In this document: piece by piece, positions 1-12,500 of the stretch
How the letters are laid out: every line of letters starts with the position of its first letter
Numbering within the stretch: position 1 is the first letter of the stretch
Assembly: GCF_018350175.1 (NCBI RefSeq)
Contig: NC_058368.1
Span: 125,862,001-125,926,000, forward strand
From: Felis catus
Lineage: Eukaryota
Direction: 5' to 3'
Length of the DNA stretch: 64,000 nucleotides
Program-made: the position numbers and the translations under genes
The notes under the pieces: model-generated
Seen by the model: the letters and a program-made list of their open reading frames with translations, nothing else
Databases searched by the model: none
Told to the model about the DNA's origin: nothing

Positions 1-189
1 ATCAGAAAGAGATTATTTAAGTCCATTTTTATTTCATAGAATATTCTGCCATTGATCTAAAGTCAAAATATTTTTTCTCTTGGTATGACATCAAAATATA
101 TTCAACTACGGGGAATGTTCCAATGATTAAGGGGAATTTTTAAAATAGTTGCTAATTAGAATAAATGCCAAAAGAACTTTCTTTTACGT

Positions 190-350
190 ATGGGAGGAAA
201 CTTTTAGAGGTGATGGATATACTTATGGCTACATTGTGATAATAGTTTCACAACTGTATGCTTATCTCCAAACTCATGAAATTCTTTTTGTTTCATAGGT
301 ACAGCATTTTGTATTTCAGTCATACCTCAATAGGGCAGTTTTAAAAAAAA
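190..350 (+). mobile_element. Ancient L1 (L1MC-like) 3' end
   Basis: GGAAACTTTTAGAGGTGATGGATAT..TACCTCAATA..AAAAAAAA resembles an L1M 3' terminus. Confidence 0.65.
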
Positions 351-814
351 GAACTTTCTTGTATAACATAAAAATAGCTTCTCTTTTGTTTGATTATAAA
401 AATAGTAAAGGTTCATTGCAAAGAACTTGGAAAACACAGTAATTTATATAGAAAAATACAAAAAAACTATTAACATACTACTCACAGGTGATTTTCAGCA
501 TTGTGATGCATCATCTCCTTTAATATGCATACATATATTTTTCCTTGCTAGAGAATCGTGTGTATATTGCATCAAAACTGAAAACATCTTATCTAAATAA
601 TTTTATTTCCTAATTAACTAGCTTTTAATAAAATTATGTTTAGGATAAAATTCTAAATGATAAAAAGTAAAAGTCCCTCATCACTCCAACTTCAACCTCT
701 ATTTTCTTGAGGTAATGTTGGTGACTGTGTTTTTTTTTTTTTTTTGTATGTTTGTTCCAAATTGACCAAGAGATGTTACAATTGTATCACCCCACAGAAA
801 TGTTCTTTGAAATG

Positions 815-952
815 CTTTATTTATTTATTTTGAAAGAGAAAGAGTGTGAATGGGGGAGTCCAGTGGGAGGCTCGATCCCACAATCCTGAGATCATGACCT
901 GAGCAGAAATTAAGAGTTGTATGCTCAACCAACTGAGCTATCCAGGTGCCCC
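815..952 (-). mobile_element. Can-SINE, internally deleted
   Basis: Antisense tRNA-like head (TCCAGGTGCCCC), GATCATGACCTGAGC, T-rich tail. The middle segment is missing. Confidence 0.85.
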
Positions 953-2641
953 ATCACGGAGTATCTTAAAAATCAGAAATGAGCAGGCTTTATAACACAT
1001 AATCGAATACAATGAAGTTCCCCCTTCTTGTAAGACATCCTGATATGTAACTTTTATTTTAAATCGGTTACAACAATCCTCTTTTCCAAGTTTGTATCCT
1101 AAGTCTGTTTTTATATCCTGACGACTTTCCACCTACCATGTTGAATCAATCACCTCGAAAGCCATTTTCTTCCACACAGCCTTGCTCCAGTATAGCCCTA
1201 CTGTCCTCCCACCTCTGAAGAGCTGATGAACCTTCCTCCAGAGACCAAGGCCACTTTGCCTTAGGCCCTCACAAGCTCCAGCCTCTTCTCTCTCTCTCTG
1301 TGTGTAGTGATTCCCTGCTTCTCTCTGTTCATCTTGTTAGGCTTTAAAAATTTCCTCTATGCTTAAGCTGGTCATTGATAACATGGAGTTCCTTAATATT
1401 CTAAGTAATGGAAAATTTTCATCTCTCAGATTCCTGTTGTCAATTCTCTGCTCCCATCTTAAATATCCAACTTTAGAAGGGAGACAACTAGTTACTCCAT
1501 CCTAATATCATTGCTTTGATTGAAATAACTGTCAGGTACTTCCAAAAAAATAACATTCCTTATATATGCTGTAATTTTATGGCTGGGGATTCCCTTGTGC
1601 ATTCAGCTTTCTAATAAGGACACTCATTTCTCTTAACATTAAATCTCAGTGCAAGTTGATTCAAAGAAATTTTTGGCTGATTAAAAAATATATATCACTT
1701 AATTTAACTCCCTGCTACCTGTGCATCTATGATGTGCTTGATCATGAACATTTTCCACGGGTATGTATCTTCAACTAGTGATGTGTCTGTTTTGAGAAGT
1801 TTTGTTCCTCTCTCTTAAAGTGTTTTGTATTCTGCCAGAAGGATTCTTAGTAAATGCTTGTGATAATAAGCTGAAATCTGCAATGGAATGCAACTATGTA
1901 TAGAGACAGATGTATTATCAACTTCCTTTGGTAGCTGGGAATGGTACTTTATATCACCTGCCCACTATCATATGTAATTATTCTGGGAATGCCTAAAATT
2001 CCTGAAATTTATTTTACCATCTTTGTTATATCCTCATTTTCTGCCCCTTACTTCATTTTGTGATACATAGCATATGTGTTATAGATACATTATGCAATTT
2101 CATAGTTTTTTAAAAATTCTCAATTATTCCAGTCAAGTATTTCAACTGATAAAAAAAGGTTTAAGCCAGAGACCTCATGGTCTGTGGTCATGAGTGGTAT
2201 ACAAAAATAAAAGCCTAATTCTATAATTTAAATATCCCCAAATAAAGAGAAAACAAAACAAAGCAAAACCCTCCAGGAGTAGTAAGATTTGTACAAGTTT
2301 TACCATGACCCAAAGTGACTTTAAAAATTGTATACCATACTACAAAAGACTTATAATCATTACTAATTCAATTAGTGTATTGTTAAAAATAATAGATTCA
2401 ATTAATATATTTAAAAACTAATAAAATTGAAAAATTACTCAAAATCATCCACAGGCCAAAAAACTTCATGCGAATCATAGTAGAAGCAAGATCAATCATA
2501 TTTTCTTGTTCTGGAGGAGGACAACATAAATGTTCACACTGGACCATGTTATTTTTTAGAATTTCCACAAGTTAGAGCTCAAATTAGGCCTGGATTGACT
2601 TCATAAATATAAATGGAAATAACCCATGGGTTTCCCTTGAT

Positions 2642-2951
2642 GTTTTGTTTTGTTTTGTTTTGTTTTGTTTTGTTTTGTTTTGTTTTGTTTTGTGTTTTGT
2701 TTGGTTGGTATTTTTGAGAGAGAGAGTGAGAGAAAGAGAGAGAGTGAGTGAGAGAGAGGGAGGGAGGGAGAGGGAGAGCGAGAGAGGAAGAGAGGATCCT
2801 AAGCAGGCTCCATGCCCAGAAAAGAACCTGACAAGGGCCTCCATCACTTGATGGTAAGATCATGACTGTAAGATCATGACCCTGACATCATGACCCTAGC
2901 CAAAACCAAGCGTCTGACACTTAACCAGTTAAGGTTAAGGGGCATGTCCCC
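2642..2951 (-). mobile_element. Can-SINE, diverged, with (TTTTG)n tail
   Basis: (GTTTT)n tail 2642-2700, GA-rich block, AAGCAGGCTCC, GATCATGAC, degenerate head. Confidence 0.85.
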
Positions 2952-3399
2952 TGATGTCTTTAGTGATATAGACATTTAGGTGGCTGTGCACTTTGAAAAT
3001 GTTGCTCTAATGGGAGATCTATCCCCTTCCAAATCTACTGGCATCTTGACCTATCTTGGCCTCAACCAAGTCTAATTTTTTTCTACTCCCTCTTTTCTTC
3101 TCTACCTATCACAAGAAGCCATGCCCAGAGGAAATGCATACTTGGACCAGCACAAAATTCTGAGCTAGTGGAATTTGTTTTGTCCCTGTTTCCTCTTGTT
3201 AACATCCTCCTCCTTAATCCTTCCTGCTCAAGCTGCCATGAACAGTGAAAACTTGCTCTGATGGAGGTCTGTCTTATATATTGCCTCCGCATAAAAGAAT
3301 GGAAGCAATTTAAACTATCACCTATTCCAGAGGCATTTGTACTGAGTAACCAGAGTAACTTCAGGATTTGCAAATTATTTCGTATTCATAGACTTTGAG

Positions 3400-3520
3400 A
3401 AATTCTCACAGTCCCTTGAGACAGGTCTTCATAACCTCATTACACAGATGAGTTCAAGCATTTACAGTTCAGTGTACTGTCTGCAGTCACAGGGCTAATA
3501 GGTACAGAGCCTGGGCTTGA
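3400..3520 (-). mobile_element. MIR fragment
   Basis: CATTACACAGATGAG, GTCACAGGGCTAATAGG..AGAGCCTGGG. Confidence 0.55.
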
Positions 3521-4066
3521 GTAAATCTTTCGCTAAAATTATTGGTTGGAATGTGGGTGTCTTTAAAAAGGACTTAAAACTTTGCCTAAATAGAACAATC
3601 CTGATTTGAGAGAACTTCAGGCAGATCAGATTTGGTGAAAAGGGAAAGGCAAACCTTTTGGGAATCTATCTGACTTAGGTCCATTGCATTTAATTTGAAT
3701 GTTATAAATGTATCTTTATAAATATATACATGTAATTATCTGCTACTAAGGTAATGAACTCCATTTGATGGATAGGAGGGATTCTGTGGGATGTCTGCTG
3801 GAAAGGACTCTTCAAGTCTGAGTTTTTAGCTAGCAAGTCATATTGTATGTCTTAATGTGCAAATAATCTCTCTCCTAACTTTGTTTTCCTCTCCATTTCT
3901 TAGTGCTACTTTCTGTCTCCATATCTACCCTGATTTTATTTGCATAAATCCTCATGCCTAGCATTTCAAGGAAATGATGGATGGATCCCTAGCTTGATCA
4001 TTTTACTCTTCTGTAGCCCAAAAGCTGCTATAGAAACAAATCAGAGCAAATTGACTTTTCAGCATA

Positions 4067-4231
4067 TGTGATAATAAGTGAATGTCCGTGTTCCTCCAAA
4101 ATGCATATGCTAAGCCCTAATTCTTAATGTGATGGTTTTTGCAAGTCTTTGGGAGGTAGTGGTTTTAGATGGTCATGAGGCTGGGGCATTCATGATGGGA
4201 TTAGTGTTCTCAGAAAAGAAGCCAGAGCTTG

Positions 4232-4276
<45 letters not shown>

Positions 4277-4471
4277 TCTCTTCTCTCTTTCTACCATGTG
4301 AGGACACAGAAGGTGGCTCTCTGCAGGTCAGGAAGAGTCCTCCCCAGGAATCAAATTTTCTAGCCCTTTGATGTTAGACTTCCACCCTCCAGAACTATGA
4401 GAAATGAGGGTCTGTTGTTTAAGCCACCCAGTCTCTGGTATCCTGTTACAGCAGCACAAACCACTAACACA
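4067..4471 (+). mobile_element. MaLR solo LTR (MLT1A-like)
   Basis: TG...CA termini, CCATGTGAGGACACAG, CTCCAGAACTATGAGAAA, TTTAAGCCACCCAGTC. 5-bp flanks GCATA/GTATA. Confidence 0.85.
4234..4274. repeat. (CA)n microsatellite
   Basis: Read directly from the sequence. Confidence 0.99.
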
Positions 4472-4689
4472 GTATAGTTTGCAGTTTGGTCTGTGTGATG
4501 TCCCACCTTTTCAGTACTTTTCATAAATTACTCTATAAAATGTGTATACATATTCTGTGTCTACATCCTTACAGTGTTCAGTTCATCTTGGCTAAGTTTG
4601 CAGTGGCACTTTGGATGCTGTAATACTTATTTCATGTACTAATATAGTGTTTATTAGATTATTCCAGTAATAACATTACTATGGAATTA

Positions 4690-4900
4690 CTGAATCATTC
4701 GTATGCCTTCCAATGCATACTGACTGTATCAAATACTCTATATACATCATTTTATTTAAATGCCTTTGATAATCCTTTGAGATCAATACTGTTAATATCT
4801 TGATTTTATATATGATAAAACCGATTTGGAAGGGTAAGTTTCTTACCTGAAATTTCATGTGGTAGATGCAGGGTTTGAACCCTTACAAGTTGACTCCACT
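4690..4900 (-). mobile_element. MIR
   Basis: Core-like ATTTTATATATGATAAAAC and GCAGGGTTTGAACCC. Confidence 0.6.
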
Positions 4901-5714
4901 GTGCAGTTTTTTAGAATTCATGGCTCACTTAGGGATAACCAGTGGTGTGGAACATAGCAACTTGCACATAGTAAATAACCTCAAGAATTAACTTATTACC
5001 ATGAGAAATCCTAGCGTCCAGCCTGAAGTATGCAGTATTTCTTGAAGCCTGTGCCACTTTTACAGGATACCATAGACTTGGTGGCTAATACATTCAGTCT
5101 AAATACATTTGCACTGTATTTTAATTATGTTTTCTACCAAGTTGTCACCAGCATGATTCTGACAGCTGAATAATTTATTCTGTGCCCTGAAATTGGGACG
5201 AAGCTTAGTGATACCCTCAGTGATAATTATAGGAATAGGGACATTTGTGGTAGCAAATCCAGAACCATCATGCAGGCCCACGAGCTGTGGTTTGACCTGC
5301 TTGCTTGCAGTTCTCACACTAGAAAAGGAAGTCCTACTTGCTCATGCATTTGGCAGAAAGCCCAATGAAACTGCTTTTGTTTTGGTGAGAGCAACTGATC
5401 TGTGGGGAATGCTTACATACAGAGGAGATAAATAGGACAATTTCCAAGGTCCAGGTAACTGTAGAAACCTGTAAGGGCAGCATTTTTGGGATAGGTATGC
5501 AGGACCTCAGGGTGCAGGAGCTATGTGGTAGATGCCTAGGGGAGGTGACTGAAGTTTAACCCATAGACTCCTGCAGGTTTTATATGGAGTCATTTAATAG
5601 TATTTTTTAAGATGGGGATAAAATAATAAATATATGACCCAAACTCTATTTATCAATCTTCTATTTCTTTGTGTTGTCTCTAATGCTGCAAGATTAAAAT
5701 AGAATAGTAAGAAA

Positions 5715-5925
5715 AATAATAACAGCTTCTGTGAAATGAACCTCTGTAATGGATCAGGCACTGATTTAGGGCTTCAATGTTTTATCTGATGAGCCTTATA
5801 GAACCCCACAGATTTCAGGCTTGTTTTATATATGTAAGAAGAAACATGGGCTCAGAGAGGATAATTTCTACTCACAGAGCTGTAAATCATGGAATTGAGA
5901 TTTAAACCGGTATGTGTTTACTTTG
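5715..5925 (-). mobile_element. MIR
   Basis: CAGGCACTG, GAAACATGGGCTCAGAGAGG, GAGATTTAAACC. Confidence 0.6.
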
Positions 5926-6298
5926 AAACAATACAAGAACGGAAACATTTGACAACAATTAGTAGCTAATATGTTGTATTCTCTATTCCCATATGGAGCT
6001 TAACCCCTATAGCCATAATAATTTTCTCAAAAGACCAGTTAAGTTGTTTCCATTAGGTAAGTTTTCCTATTTGTTTTGGGTCGTAGGAGTAAACTAGGGG
6101 TTATTTTTACCACCTGTCATAATCAAAGTATGCCAACTCACTACCTTTTTTGCCATGATTCTGGTAGACCACACATCTCCCGTATTCAAGCTAGAACGGT
6201 TACACTGTTCTCATTTGCAAGACAGAATTTATGTTTATTATCAATCAAAATGTCTATTAGATTGCAAGTATGTAGATGAATAATTTTAGAAATGTGTT

Positions 6299-6501
6299 GG
6301 GGTGCCTGGGTGGCTCAGTTGGTTAAGCGTCCGACTTCGGCTCAGGTCATGATCTCATGGTTTGTGAGTTCAAGCCCCCGTCAGGCTCTGTGCTGACAGC
6401 TCAGAGCCTGGAGCCTGCTTCGGATTCTGGGTCTCCTTCTCTCTCTGCCCCTCCCCAATTTGTGCTCTGTCTCTCAAAAAATAAATTAATTAAAAAAAAA
6501 A
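6299..6501 (+). mobile_element. Can-SINE (SINEC_Fc-type), full length
   Basis: GGGGTGCCTGGGTGGCTCAG head, CT block, A-tail. TSD AGAAATGTGTT at 6288-6298 and 6502-6512. Confidence 0.97.
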
Positions 6502-7272
6502 AGAAATGTGTTTATATTCCATATGTTCCTTTAGGCTAAGTTTCTGTGTTTGGTGGTTGAGAGACAATTACATATTTTTAGAACATCTCAAAGATATAAC
6601 AAATTTATCTTTATTTCTTGAACTCTTTAAGTCATATTTGATAAAAACTTTTATATTTCATGTTTAATATCCAGTTTCATTTATATACAATTTGACATTG
6701 CTTCAAAATCACATAAAGATACAAACGTTGAGATGAAACCACTGGTTTTTATGAAAATTGCTTTGCTGGATTAGCCTTTTCAAAATCCCTCCACCTAGAG
6801 AGAGAGAATTTCAGTCTAAATAGGTTAGCTTCACTCAATTTATGAGTTCCAAATCCTCATTTTTGGCACAGTTCCTTTGGATAGGAACTCAATCCTGAGC
6901 TCTGTCCATAAGCCGGACAAATGAGCCTTCTGTTTGGAACATAACATATATCCAAAACAATGCTTCTTAAACATTTTCATCTTTTGGGTTGTGGTCCATT
7001 TTGTGGTTATTACTAAAAATATTTCCATTAAGCCTTGAGTAGCAGACATGAGAATGTCTTTCTATTCTTCTGTGGATGAAAGGCAGTTTCACCTTATGAT
7101 GAAAGACACGGCAATGTTCTAATCAATTGAAGGGGAAGATAGAATGGTATCTCCTGCTTTATTTGATGAATTCTGGAATCAAATTTTAGATTTTCCTTCA
7201 TAGCATCAAGTTAAAGAAACTAGGGATGATGATATTAAATGAAGAATATTTAAGAGAAAGTGACATACTTTC

Positions 7273-9014
7273 TTTTTTTTTTTAATTGAGGTAAAATTGG
7301 TATATGACAATATATAAGTTTTAGGAATACAACATTATAATTTAATATTCATATATACCACAAAGTGATCACCACAATAAATCTAGTTACCATTTATCCC
7401 TATACAAATGAACTCTTTTTTACCCTTTTTGCCCACCCATCAACCCCCTTCTCCTCAGGTAACCACCAATCTGTTCTCTGTATCTATGAGTTTGTTTTTG
7501 TTTTCTTTGATTGTTTTTCGTTTGTTTGTTTTTCTTTTTTTTTTCAGATTTTACATGTAAGTAAAATCATATAGTATTTGTCTATCTCTGTTTGACTTAT
7601 TTCACTTAGCAGAATACACTTGAGCTCCATCTGTGTTGTTGCAAATAGAAAGATTTCCTTTTTTATGACCGAGTGACATTCCATGATATGTACACATATA
7701 CATACCACACACATACATACATACCACTTCTTCTTTATCCATTCATCCATTGTTGGACACTTAGGTTGTTTCCATATCTTGACTCTCGTAAGTAATGCTG
7801 CAATGAGCACAGGGATACACATACACATTTTTTTGAATTAGTGTTTTTTGTATTCTTTGGATACATACCCAGAAGTGAATTTCTGGATCTTACAGTAGTT
7901 TTGTTTTTAATTTTTTGGGGAGAATTTCCAAACAGTTTTCCATAATGGTTGCACTAAAATTTATATACCCACTAACAAAAGTTCCCTTTTATCTGTCTAC
8001 ACTCCAACACTTGTTATTTCTTTTTGTTAACAGCCATTCAAAAGAGTGTGAGGTGATAGCTCATTATGGTTTGATTTACATTTCGCTGATAGTAATGTTG
8101 AACATCTTTCCATGTGCCTATTGGCCATCTGTACGTCTTCTTTGTCTGTTTTCTTTATCTGTTTGTCTTCTTCATGCTTATTCAGTTCCTGTGCCCATTT
8201 TTAATTGGGTTGAATTATTGCTGTTGTTGAGCTGTATGAGTTCTTTATATATTTTAGATATTAACCTTTTATTGGACATATGGTTTGCAAACATCTTCTC
8301 CCATTCAGAAGATTGACTTTTCACTTTGTTGGTCTCCTTTGCTGTGAAGAACTTCTTAGGTTGTAAACTACCAGACACTGATACAAGAAATAGAAGAAGA
8401 TACAAATAAATGGAAAGATAATCTGTACTCATGGATTAGAAGAATCAACATTGTTAAAACTGTCCAAAATACCCAAAGAAATCTACAATTTAATGCATTC
8501 TCTATCAAAATCCCAATGACATTTTTAACAGAACTAGAATAAAGAATTAAAATGTTTTTATGGAACCATAAAAGACACCAACTAGCCAAAATAATATTGA
8601 GAGGTATCATGCTTCCAAATTTTAAACTAAACCACAAAGGTATAATAATGAAAACAGTAGTTATTGGCATAAAAACAGACCCACATATCAATGATATACA
8701 ATAGAGAGGCCAAAATTAAACTCATGTTTATATGGTAAATTAATTTTTGACAAAGGGGCCAAGGATGTAGAATGGGAAAAGGACAATCTCTTCAATGAAT
8801 GGTATTTAAAAAAATGGACAGCTACATGCAAAAAAATGGAACTGGACTACTTTCTTACACCATATACAAAAATTAATTTAAAATGGATGAGAGACCTGAA
8901 ACCATAAAACTCCCAGAAGAAAACATAGCTGGTAAGCTCTTTGACATTTACCTTAGCGATAATGTTTTAAGTCTGATTCCAAAGGCAAAGGAAACAAAAA
9001 ATAAATAAATAAAA
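7273..9014 (-). mobile_element. Older L1 3' fragment with 5' inversion (7273-8364 minus, 8365-9014 plus)
   Basis: Poly-T and 3'UTR at 7273, then decayed ORF2 C-terminus on minus (FTAKETNKVK, WKQPKCP). From 8365 the sequence is sense-strand ORF2 (EIEEDTNKWKD-like through KAKETK). Degenerate TSD TGACATAC.. at 7261 and TGACATATAC.. at 9016. Confidence 0.9.
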
Positions 9015-10072
9015 CTGACATATACTACTTTATAATAATCCATTTTTGCTACTTTTTCTTGAGAATCAGTATCTGAGGGAGTAGCAATAACTAGTTACTT
9101 GTGATGAAAAGCCTTGGCTAGACCTGCCCATAAGGAGGCATCAATCTCTATAAGGAGATTACCCAGTGTTGGCATGGCAAACATTTCAAGTCTTGGAGCC
9201 TGATTGCTTTATCAGTTGTTTCTGGATATTGATATGCCCAGGATATAACAGAAAGTAGTACTGTAATCATCTTACCTTGTGGGTATTTCCCTCTATCCAG
9301 ACTGCCAAGATCGGCAGCTTTGGATTTGTTCCTGTAGGAACAGAAAAGGAAGTAATGGGGCTCATGACCACTCACTTACATCTTTGCTCTGTATAAATTC
9401 TTCGCACTTGTTATTAGCTACTTTTGGAGTAAATAAGTACGTAAGTAAAAGCGACACTGAACTGAGTCCAAGTCATCATTCTTGCCCATCACCAAAACAT
9501 GAGGTAACAAATATCTTGAAGCCAAATTAATTTGATTTTTAGTAAAAAAGTAAATTCCTAAATATGATGCCACAAAAAGAAATAAACAGGTATTCCTTAG
9601 GTAAGAAACAAAATGTTTGCTCCCCAAATCTGAAACTCAGATATTCTAAATTACACACCGCTTCCATTTTTCCAATTTTAGGATGTGTGTAGTGTGGGCA
9701 AGTATAGGAAAAAGATTTTAAAGCATGGATTTTACATGAAAAACATTACATGAATGTAAGCAATAAATATAAAAGCTGTGGGCAAACACAATTCAAATTT
9801 AGGAGGATTTTTTTTTTTACCCATAGAAAATTACTTGAGAAGTATACATGTAGCTTTTAAAAGGTGGAAAGTGTGTGGAAAAACATTTTTAACAATAAAA
9901 AAATCTTTGTTATTATGAAGCTTTGAGGTTGCCAAGGCACTGAAAAAAAAGAGTTTTCAAAAATGTCTTGGCTATTCTTTAGTCCCAACTGCTATCCAAT
10001 GTACAGTTTAACTCTAAAAACATTATCCACTAAAGTAGGCTTTTCTAATGCCTTATTAAGAATATATTTTTT

Positions 10073-10285
10073 GGGACACCTGGGTGGCTCAGTCGGGTAA
10101 GTGTCTGGCTCTTGATTTCAGCTCAGGTCATGATCTCATGGTTTGTGAGTTCGAGTCCCATGTCAGGCTCTGCACTGGCAGAGCTGAGCCTGCTTGGGAT
10201 TCTCTCTCTCTGTCTCTCTCTCTGACCCTCCCTTCCTCTCTCTATCTCTTAAAATAAATACATAAACTATAAAAAAATTATAAAC
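10073..10285 (+). mobile_element. Can-SINE, full length
   Basis: Head, CT block and tail present. TSD AAGAAT(A/G)TATTTTT at 10058 and 10286. Confidence 0.95.
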
Positions 10286-10419
10286 AAGAATGTATTTTTC
10301 ATTTGCTTGTGGTTTCAATATCATGTTTGTATTATCGTATTATTCCAGACCCTCATGGTTGTGGGAGATAGTGATGCAATTCAAATTGTCCTAAGTCAAA
10401 AGGTATATATATGTATTTG

Positions 10420-10645
10420 GTTTTTTGTTTTTAATTTTTTTAACGTTTATTTATTTTTGAGACAGAGAGAGACAGAGCATGAACAGGGGAGGGGCAGAAA
10501 GAGAGGGAGACAGAATCTGAAACAGGCTGCAGGCTCTGAGCTGTCAGCACAGAGCCCGACGCAGGGCTCGAACTCACGGATCATGATGAGGTCATGACCT
10601 GAGCTGAAGTCGGATGCTTAACTGACCGAGCCACCCAGGCGCCCC
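10420..10645 (-). mobile_element. Can-SINE (SINEC_Fc-type), full length
   Basis: Ends CCACCCAGGCGCCCC. TSD TCAAAAGGTA..ATGTATTTG at 10396 and 10646. Confidence 0.96.
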
Positions 10646-10784
10646 TCAAAAGGTACATGTATTTGAAGCCAAATAAGTATTTGAAGAGTCAATAGCTCCA
10701 ACTGTTCAAAACATTCATGTTTTTGGACTCCATGTCAGAAAAGGGTGAGAGATATTTTTTTTACTGGCTAATATTTATGTTGTA

Positions 10785-10910
10785 GAATGGATTTAGAGTC
10801 AAGCAGACACTAGTTCAAATCCTAATTCTATTACTTTCTAGCTTTGTGATGGTGGGGCATGCCTAAACTACTCTGAGCTTCTGTTTTTCTCATGTGTGAA
10901 ATTGGTTAGC
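10785..10910 (+). mobile_element. MIR fragment
   Basis: GTTCAAATCC, CTCTGAGCTTCTGTTTTTCTCATGTGTGAAA. Confidence 0.65.
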
Positions 10911-12149
10911 AGGAAAATTCTGTGAGAGGAGAGAAGAAGCACTACCACAATTTCTTTTGGGGACCTCATAAACCTCTGGAAAGGGTCGGATCAGATGGAA
11001 GAGTGTGTGTGGGCAACCAGTCACGCACTGTACTGGGTAAGACACTGAGTTGATCCAGAACATCTTGCTCTGTGGGTTGGGATCTCTTCAGACAACATGG
11101 TGACATACATAGAGCTGGAGAGAAAAATGCAGAAATGGGGGATAAGGACATAAATAGGAATAATTCTATTCCTATGTGCTAAATGAAGAGTAGCATCACT
11201 TCTACTCAGTGACATCACCATGAGTTGTGCTCTCTCTTAATCAATAAATATTTCAGTGGTAAAATAGTCCTACATCACAAGTGCTATGAATATATACTAA
11301 TGTAAATATTAGGGAACTTTTTAGATTTCAATTGAGTTTTGTTTTATTCTGATACATATTTTCAAGTTTTGTGAATTACTGAAAGACAGTATTGAGTTAA
11401 AAAGAAGACACATGAATTACACAGTAAACATGGGCCACAGATTCAGATCTGTATCAAGGAAATAAGACATGTAGAGATTATTTAGAAACTCTTAAAGTTG
11501 AAGCAGAAATATGTACAAGGGCCAGGTCTACAGGAAATAAAGGAACAAAGAGCATTCTTGAGTATGATCACATACCAAGGAAATTTCTTAGCCTAACTTC
11601 TCAGTACATGATCTTACTCAGGGTCACTCAAGAAGAAAATTGCATATATAAATGGCATTTTTCCTCTCTAGTGAAAATCTGAAAGCAATTTACCTCTCAC
11701 AGTATGCAAAGGCAATAATTGAGTATATTTTCAAAGAAAAGGTTATGTTGCTTCAGGGAAGTATAGCTCTTGAGACGTAGCCAAAAAAATTTTTTTAAAT
11801 AATTTAAAGCTGTTTTGTTCCCTACTAGTCCAGTGGATCAAAATCTATTATTAAACTGATTTTCATATTAAATCTTTAACCTAAAATTTTTCTCTTTGGC
11901 AAACTCAGGTCAAGATTAATTAATAAAATACAATGTAAAGAAAATAATTATCAACAAAACTGTGGGTTAATGGTGACACATTAAAGTTCTTCAAATTCTT
12001 AGGAAATAATGGACCCATGACTTGTTTTGGGTTTTGTCATTTATGTCATTTATTTGTCTTTGGTCTTCTTGAATCAACTCATTGTAATGACTCAGCAGTA
12101 TGTACATGAAAAGGAAGAATAGAATATTTTTCAGAGATGCTACTTACAT

Positions 12150-12500
12150 ATTTCAGTCATCTGTTCCTCTGTAAAAAAAAAAAAAAGGCATCCCCAAACT
12201 TAGTGACCGAAAACAACAACAACCATATTTTTCTGCTAGTTTTGTTTGAAGTCTCTCCTGTAACTGCAGTAAGATAGCAACAAAGCCTAGAATGGCTAAA
12301 TGGCTCACTCACATGTCTAATGAATGCAGGGCCATCTGGCTGGCTAGGAGCTTTTTCTCCACATGGTCTTTCCCCATGACAAAATTGGGCCTCTTTGCAT
12401 GATAGTCAGGTGTGTCACAATCTAGTCCATACTCCAGAGGAGGTGATGTCAATTCTGTATCTCAATGGGAAGAATGTAAACAACTTGTGGTCATCACGCC
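12150..12500 (-). mobile_element. MaLR LTR fragment (old MLT1)
   Basis: CCCCAAACTTAGTG..AAACAACAAC, GGCTCACTCACATG, CTCCACATGGTC motifs. Confidence 0.6.

Noticed and set aside
5785..5810. CTGATGAG as a hammerhead ribozyme core (also 33331 and others)
   Set aside because: No stem II followed by GAAA and no paired flanking stems. The site lies within a MIR.
6299..6380. tRNA-like A/B boxes in SINE heads as tRNA genes
   Set aside because: They are Can-SINE heads followed by CT blocks, A-tails and TSDs.
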